In this document: in pieces, positions 55,971 through 64,000 of the stretch
Position numbering within the stretch: position 1 is the first letter of the stretch
How the letters are laid out: every line of letters begins with the position of its first letter
Source: Eledone cirrhosa
Lineage: Eukaryota
Length of the DNA stretch: 64,000 bases
Reading direction: 5' to 3'
NCBI GenBank assembly: GCA_964016885.1
Contig: OZ024744.1
Span: forward strand, 104,222,001-104,286,000
Translations under genes and position numbers: made by a program
The notes under the pieces: generated by a model
What the model saw: only the letters and a program-made list of their open reading frames with translations
Databases searched by the model: none
Told to the model about the DNA's origin: nothing

Positions 55971-56537
55971 ATTACTCAGTCAAAATGGCGACAAGGAAGG
56001 ACGTTTGACCAGGTCTTCCCAAACAAAATATAATATGTTCACCAAAAACTGCCCTTTTAACACATGTCAGATGGATTACAATATTTATTATTACAAATAC
56101 TTTGACTGTTCGCCGACAACTAGCACCAGCTTCAACATAAAATTATTTTAACGAAGTATATTTGATTTTCGCCAACAAACCACTGTAGACATGAAAGGGG
56201 GAAAAAAAAAATCACTACATCCCTTAGGGATCACAGTAAGTACTTCACAAACTCTATAAACAACAATACACACAGATTTATATATTGATACATATACACA
56301 CAAGTGAAAAGAAACCACACTATTTCGTGTGAGACACTATACCGGCCAATCTTACGTTAATTTGTAAAATCTTTCTGAACAACTTCGCTTCTAACCCACA
56401 TACACCTTTTAATTATATATATATATATAATTATATATTCGTGTGCAGATCTTTTTGCATACACACACAATACATAGGAAAACAGAAACAAAAATACAAA
56501 AACAAAACATAAACAAATATTTATCTCATTAACAAAT

Positions 56538-59500
56538 GTGCTAAACTTACGCAGCATATTTATATCTTGTTCTACTGTACGGTTGGACAGACAGGACAAA
56601 ATAGCTATTGTGATATCCATGGATGAAGTGTGCAACAAAACTGGGCGATGTTCCAAAATAGAACATTGCCCAGAAAACCACGTCTGTCATCTATGTACAG
56701 AACCAGAGAACTCCTTCCGAAATCGATGGGTCAAATGTGGCAAATGTCGTGTTTCTGTTAGCCTTCAATGTGCCACAAACTTTCGAAAGATCCCGGGTCA
56801 GAAAAAGAGACACCATACTTCTATGATGGATGGGCTCTGAGAAATGGTCCAGCTACCAAATTGGTCCTTTCAGTGCCTGGCTTGTGTGTCTACCTCTACT
56901 GTCTGCTGTTGAACAACAACAACAAAAACCGAAGATCATGTCTTCCTCTACCATTGTTCCTGAACAACAGCAAAAACCAAAAACAAAAAAACCAACGACC
57001 GTAGCTTCTGCTACTACCTCTGTTGAAGGACTTCATCAACAACAGCAACCCATGTCTTCCTCTCCCATTACTTCTCAACAACAACTGACGACTGTGTCTT
57101 CCCTTGCCATTCCTGTTGAAGAAGAACAACTACAACAGCAAAAATCGACTGTCAATATGGAGTTTCAGGAAATACGGCAAATGATTTCCGCTTTAAGCCA
57201 AGAAATAGCAGGAATAAAATCAAGCGTTCATGTAGAACCTCACAATGAGAGATCTTACCGGAGTGCCTTGTTAAAAAATCTCCGCGTACCTCTTGTCGAA
57301 TCTAGATGCATTGAGAATGCCACTGAATCTGTAAACCATGAAGTGATTGCCATTGGTGTACCAGAAGACATAGTTGATCTTCAGGCATTTGCTGCCAGTT
57401 CATCCAAAGACTTGGGCTGTGCTCCCGCAAAGGGTGCTCTACGCCTTGGCCGACCAGGCTCGAAACCCAGGCTAATTAGACTGTCTTTTTCGAACTCAAC
57501 TGAGGCACGTTCATATCTTTTGGCCTCTGATAAAGCTAGGCGTGAAAGTCGGATTGCTTTCCAAACACGCCCTGGTCTTCCACCTGATGTCCGCCCAAAG
57601 CTATGTGCTACAGCTTCCTTAAACCGTAGCTCGGTAGAACATGAAAGCTTCAGCCTACGAGATGATGGGCAGATATGGAAGTTTATTAAGGCTGGTGAAA
57701 CAGAAAAGAGATACCAGCTGGTCTGAAAACACTGTACCCACAACAACTGACAATAAAAAAACTGAAAAATCTCTGGGAAACTAAATCAGAACAACCTGCC
57801 ATCTCCTGCACATAATCATATACTGGAATCAAGGTACAAATTGTTGTCCTTGAATGCACGTAGTCTATGCAATAAGATACATCCTTTTGACTCCTACGTC
57901 AAAAGTATCAACCCTGACTTCATTACAGTCATGGAAACACGGGCACATTCCTTACTCTGTGATGGGGTTTTCAGCATAACTGGCTACAACCTGTTTCGTA
58001 ATGACCGCATTAATTGTGGTGGTGGTGGTGTAATGGTCTACGTTCAGTCAAATTTTTTGGTAATTCCTTGTGTTGATTTGAACCAGTCGCAGCAGGCAGT
58101 ATTTTTCTGCAATATATGTATGACCATGTCAACACTGCTACTTGGAGTCGTTTACCGTCCCCCAAATTACCATCAGGACACTCAACTTTGTGATATCCTC
58201 AGAGCTGCTGCCAGGAAAACAGCCACTTATGTTTTTATTGCAGGGGACTTCAATCACCCTGAGATTGACTGGGAAATATTTCGTTGGCTGCCAAGTGCAA
58301 ATGATTTCCTTGAGCTAGTGCTGGACTTGAAGTGGTCCCAAGTAGTCACCTCCCCAACAACAGGTGACAACACTTTGGAGCTACTCTTCACCACTACTCC
58401 TGAAACGGTCATTAGTGTTACTGCTGAGGAACCTTTAGGTGACTCTGATCATGTTATGATCATTGCCAATCTATCCCTCATGGGCAGTAACAAAAACCAC
58501 AACCATCTCCAAACTGTTCACTTTGACTGGAATAAAGCAGACTGGAACTGTTACTGCACCGAGTTGCAACATTCAAACTGGCTTGAGTTCTACGACTCTG
58601 GAGATGTCAACACTGTACTCCAGAACATCCTGAGTTCAATATGGACAGCATGTGCAGCATCGGTGCCACGTCAACAGAAAAAACATCCCAAAAGTGCAAT
58701 TTGGGAGACTGCAGCAGTCCGTCTTGCCAGAAAAGAACGTTGTAATGCTGAACGTGAGTACAAACTGCATAAATCAGATATCAATAGGAAGAAGTGAAAT
58801 AAATCATCCAACCATCTCAAACAGGTGACAAAAAAAGGCAGTGCTTCAATTTGAGCAGCGCATAGCAACCAGCCCTGACAGTAAGGTGTTCTGGAAGTAT
58901 GTTCACTCAAAGCAGAGGCCTCACTCTCCAGTTGGTCCTCTTCACAATCCCCACACAAGCCAGGTTACTGACGACCCCAAGGAATGTGCAGAGCTCATTG
59001 CTGAATGCTATGCAGGCATTTTCACTATTAAAGACCAGAGTGTACCGTCTCCACCACCTCTGACATTGGATTCTATTATAACTATGGAATTTACACCTGC
59101 AATGCTGCAACATCACCTTAAAAATAAATGCAACCATGCTTCTCCTGGTCTTGATGGTGTTACGTACCTGCTTCTCAAACGTGATGGGAACTTCCTTCTG
59201 CACCAGCTATCACACTTCTTCCAATTCTGTCTGAACAACGGTGCTACTCCAGAACAGTGGAAAACTGCCAGTGTCATTCCTCTGTTCAAAAAGGGTGACC
59301 GCACATCACCTGTGAACTATCGTCCAGTCAGTCTTACTAGCTGCATTGCTAAACTGATGGAATCCTGTGTCAGAGAAACGCTTTTGAACTTCTGGAACTC
59401 TCACAGTCTTATCCGGCCCTCCCAATTTGGATTTATCCCTAACTCCAGCTGCTGTGATCAACTTATAGAGTTTCTTGAAAACATCACCCAGATCACTGAT

Positions 59501-60750
59501 GGCGGCTCATGGGTGGATGTTGTTTACCTTGACTTTGCTAAAGCTTTCAATTCTGTGCCACTCAAAAAACTAATGGCAAAACTCTCTGCAATGTGTGTGA
59601 AGGATGATCTTTTTAACTGGTTGAAGTCCTTCATTCTCAGTCGAAGAGAGGTAGTCACGGTTCTAGGACAGCATTCCTCACCATATGAGATGTCATCTGG
59701 TGTACCACAGGGATCTGTTCTTGGCCCCTTTTTGTTTGTGGCATATATTAATGACATAGATGCCAACTTAAAGAATGCCACAGTACTGAAATATGCAGAT
59801 GACATCAAGCTGTACCTTGAGATAAAAAGGACCGATCCTGAACACTATAGATCTTGCCTGCAATCTGACCTGGACACAATGCAACAATGGATCACAAACT
59901 GGCAACTCAAGCTAGTTGTGGACAAGTGCACCACCATGCATTTTGGGAGTAAAAACCCAACGTCCACTTACTTCCTACACAGCACTAATATCAAGAAGTC
60001 TTCTTGTGAACATGACCTGGGCATTACGGTCAGCAGTGATTTGCGTTGGACGAAGCACGTCTCTAAAATTGTCAAGAAGGCCGAGGGTGTCTTAGCATCA
60101 TTCAGCAAGACCTTTGTCAGCCGCTCTCCAGTTATCTATTTAAAGCTGTATATAGCTATGGTGCGGCCACACTTAGAATTTGCATCACCAGTCTGGAACT
60201 CCTATCTTGCTCAGAACATTGACCACCTGGAAACTGTTCAGAGATGTGCAACCAAGCGAATACCCTCCATCAGGCATCTACCATACTCTGAATGCCTTGC
60301 TTCTTGGGCCTGGATACATTGAAGCTCCGACGTCTGGCAACTGACTTGGTAAACACCCACAAAATTACTAACCATCTTGCCAACAACAATCCTGAGTACC
60401 TTTTTGATTTCCACACACGTGGGCATGCCAACAAAGTCAGAAAACAGCACAGCTCCCATGACTTTCGGAAACATTTTTTTACGCTCAGAGTTGCTGAATC
60501 ATGGAACAAACTACCTGCATCAGTTGTTAGCTGTCGAGATACTGCATCCTTTAAAACTTCTATGCTTCCTGAAATTTGCCAACACTACACCTAATATTGC
60601 CCCTCCATACACACGTACACATGTATATCATGACTCATACACTGTTCACTTCCCTGACATTTGTATATTATTCTATGTACTATGCATGCACCTTTGATGA
60701 GTTGTAGTGCACCTGAGCACTGTACACAATAATTTCATTATTCATTATTC
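56538..60750 (+). mobile_element. Near full-length CR1-clade LINE (ORF1 + APE-RT ORF2), frameshifted
   Basis: ORF1 has Cys-rich CHLC/CGKC and RLGR..KPRLIRL; ORF2 has LNARS, YRPP, GDFN, SDH, PQGSVLGP, YADD, RPHLE, WNKLP; (TTCATTA)n tail; 5' boundary uncertain. Confidence 0.9.
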
Positions 60751-61859
60751 ATACATTATTCATATATATATATATATAAATATAAATTAGCGAGAATCGT
60801 ATTTCGGCTTAGGAATTAACGAAAAACAACTTCCGAGATGTGTGGCAAGCGCTCGATGATTCAGATGAATCAGAGCTACAACATACGTTAAAGGCCAAAC
60901 ACACTGAGACGATGGTTAAACAAAACATCCGCACAGCCAAAGAAACGACCAAGTAATTCGGGTCAAACAATAAAAATATATGTGACTGAAAATTTACCCG
61001 GACCCCTGGAAGGTTGGTAAAATCCAGTATTTGGGTTTCTGTGACTCCTAAATCAAGTACTGTCCGCTTACATAAAAACTGTTAGGCTTCTGGTAAGATG
61101 ATTGAACAAGGAAGCCACTTTATCAACAGGTTTTTGCTCAACTGCTAATCCAAAGTGTGACTATTACTGACTCCACGTGGAGTTCAGCAAGGGAGGCAAC
61201 ACTTATTTTAGGCGAATTAATTCAGTTGTGTATAATATTGCAAGAATGCAAAATATCGCAAATCGAATTAGTACGGCTGATACTTAAATGTAAGTATGTA
61301 TGTATATGTACATACATATATGTATACAGATGTACAGTAGTATGTATATATATACATACATGCACACATATATATATGTACATATGGGTTTACCGAACAT
61401 TAATTATAATGTTCTGTTTGTTTGTAAACAAACAAACAGCCCGTACAGTGTTCAGGCAACCATCGTTGCCTTTTTGTTCAACACTGACACAGGAACGATG
61501 TATTAGTTTCAAGCTTATTAGCTATCGTCAGCATCATATACCTTCCTGCCAGATGATTGTTTGTTTGTTTACAAACAAACCAAGCATTATAATAAATGTT
61601 TGATAAACCCATACGTACATATATATATATTAATGCATGTATGTATACATACATACTTACATTTATATATATATATATGTATGTATATATATATATTTAT
61701 GTGGTTGATGGCTGACAGAAAAGAGTACTTAATACTGAAATAGAGTTTTGATATTCATTTTATTAATGCTAAAAAGTGAGTCTTGTTACTTTGAAGTTGA
61801 ATTTCACCTGTTTATCACAGGTCATCAGACAAGATGTTCTCGTCTGATGACCCTGTGAA

Positions 61860-62050
61860 GGGCGGTGGATTGGCAGTATCGGTAGAGGGTCGGACGCCAT
61901 GCTTTCTAGCATAGTTCCGTCCCTTTACAGTCTGAGTTCAAATCCCGCCGAGGTTAACTTTGCCTTTCATCCTTACTGGGTCGATAAAATAAAGTACCAG
62001 TAATGTACTGGGTATTTGCTGGCCTTGTGCCTAAAGTAGAAATAGTTATT
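61860..62050 (+). mobile_element. SINE family B
   Basis: GGCGGTGGATTGGCAGTATCGG...GAGTTCAAATC...GCCTTTCATCC...AAAGTACCAG. Confidence 0.85.
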
Positions 62051-62579
62051 ATTTTTACACTCTTTCCTACGTTCCTCTACACCCTATACGTCTCATTCCA
62101 CATTTCCTCTTACATCTCTCTCATTACCACCTGATTCTGATGCCCAGAGATTTACCCATCTGCATTGTTGAGGCTTCCAAAACGACCAATTTCATTATTC
62201 CACAATGCTTCAAGCAAACTTCAACACTCTTAAATATATATAAATGAAGTAATTCCGTCGGAAAAGTCCAGGAAAAAAGAGTGCTCTATGTAGGTAACAG
62301 AGCTTAATAGTTATGTAATAAACAACATAAGGCAATTTTTCCATTTACCAGTAGTTTCTTAAAAGCAAAAAAATTTGCTTTCAATCACCAGAATGAAAAA
62401 TCCTGGTCTATTTATTGAATTGGAATTTAAAAAAACCTATTAAATTCCAATTCAATAAATAGACCAGGATTTTTTCATTCTGATGATTGAAAGCAAAATT
62501 GTTTGCTTTTAAGAAACCACTGGTAAATGGAATAATTGCCTTATGTTGTTTATTACATAACTATATATATATATATATA

Positions 62580-64000
62580 TATTATTATTGCCCTTCAGGC
62601 TATAACAGAGGAGTTCAAGACAGGCTGCCCATGGGAACTCCTATACGCAGACGATCTGACACTCATAGCGGAATCAATGGCCGAGCTAGAGAAGAAATTC
62701 CAAACATGGAAGCACGGCCTAGAGTCAAAAGGACTTAAAATTAACCTGGCTAAGACCAAAGTACTAGTTTGTAGGAAAGAAAACAAGGCGGCGGTCCCTT
62801 CTGGGAAATGGTCGTGCTCGGTGTGTAGGAAAGGCGTAGGTAGAAACTCCATTTTATGTCCTAAATGCAAAGTATGGGTGCATAAAAGATGTAGTGGGAT
62901 CACAGGTAAGCTAACTAAGAACATAGATTTTACATGTGGCCGGTGTTCTGGTGCAATAAGTAGCAGCAAGTGCCCACAAAATACTAGCTCTTTCAATTGC
63001 GCAGAGGGTTCTATAGAAATAGTGGACAGCTTCCGTTACCTGGGCGATAAAATCAGCAGTGGGGGAGGGTGCTCTGAAAGTACTGTAGCTAGAGTCAGAA
63101 CTGGTTGGAAAAAGTTCAGAGAGCTTATACCACTATTAGCTGCTAAAGGGTTCTCCCTAAAAATGAAAGGCAGGTTGTACGATGCCTGCATACGAACAGC
63201 AATGCTGCATGGCAGTGAGACCTGGGCATTGTGTGCAGAGGATATACGCAGACTAGAGAGGAACGAAGCTTGCATGCTCCGCTGGATGTGTAACAGTAAT
63301 ATACGTGAACGGCAAAGCATAAACGAACTAAGGAAAAAATTAGAGATAAGAGGGATCAGATGTTGTTTACTCGAGAGAAGGCTACGTTGGTATGGACACG
63401 TGATGCGCATGAAAGTCGATAGCTGTATAACAAAGTGCAGGGCAATAAAGATAGACGGTAGTCACGGAATAGGCAGACCTAGAAAAACCTGGGACGAGCT
63501 GATAAACTCCGACATCACACACTTACACCTCTCCAAGACAATGTCACTGGACCGAGACCTTTGGCGGTACTCAGTAATAGAGAAGACCCGCCTTACCTAA
63601 ATATATAGTAAAACCTACTCCAGCCAGTAGGCATCTCTAACAAAATACACCCCGTCCCACCACCACCACCCCCACCCCATCCACACCACCCCGTTCTATG
63701 TAAAGTTATGTTGGTGCCGCGCCATTGAGGCCGAAACAAATGAGATCGTGTAGGTGTCACAACAAAAAAACACACAGTCCACGCTGTAATGTGGCCGTGT
63801 AGGCAACACGGTAAAAACCTCCCAGACCCACACTGTAAATGTGGTTGGTGTTAGGAAGGGTATCCAGCTGTAGAAAACCTGCCAGACAGTCCTATGCGAG
63901 CAAGACAATCACTCTTGCCTCAAGTGGGACTACCCCCGTCCAAACCCATGCAAGCGTGGAACACGGACGTTAAACGTTGATGATGATGATGATGATGATA
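62580..64000 (+). mobile_element. RTE subfamily A, 5'-truncated
   Basis: Open frame IIALQA...EKTRLT* (to 63600), UTR and (GAT)n tail; begins at (TA)n. Confidence 0.93.

Noticed and set aside
61816-61858. Possible tenth exon after TCACAG, or a hammerhead (CTGATGA)
   Set aside because: Phase-0 frame stops after 8 codons; it is a short hairpin with no GAAA core

Overview
Eukaryotic, AT-rich, repeat-saturated animal DNA; the SINE/LINE repertoire suggests a cephalopod such as Octopus (inference). The only host gene is a + strand, multi-exon WD40-repeat gene of the WDR49/WDR64/WDR95 (WDY-like) type. I could splice nine internal exons in frame with GT-AG boundaries (556-662, 6207-6310, 26807-26864, 30502-30610, 33090-33252, 36223-36374, 44712-44856, 48489-48617, 51987-52138; 1119 nt, 373 aa), and neither end of the gene is visible. 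The introns hold about 15 RTE-clade LINE copies from several subfamilies, one with an open APE-RT frame. They also contain R4/Dong, CRE and HERO-like REL retrotransposons, CR1 LINEs, two tRNA-derived SINE families, a Helitron, Tc1/mariner and hAT MITEs, mini- and microsatellites and many fold-back hairpins. The most notable observations are: a C4HC3 PHD finger inserted inside the RT domain of an RTE family that lands in (TA)n tracts; minimal hammerhead-ribozyme motifs; a nested palindrome; a SINE head/core carrying three different tails; and several insertion junctions whose history can be read. All calls come from reading motifs by eye, with no database searches, and repeat boundaries are approximate.
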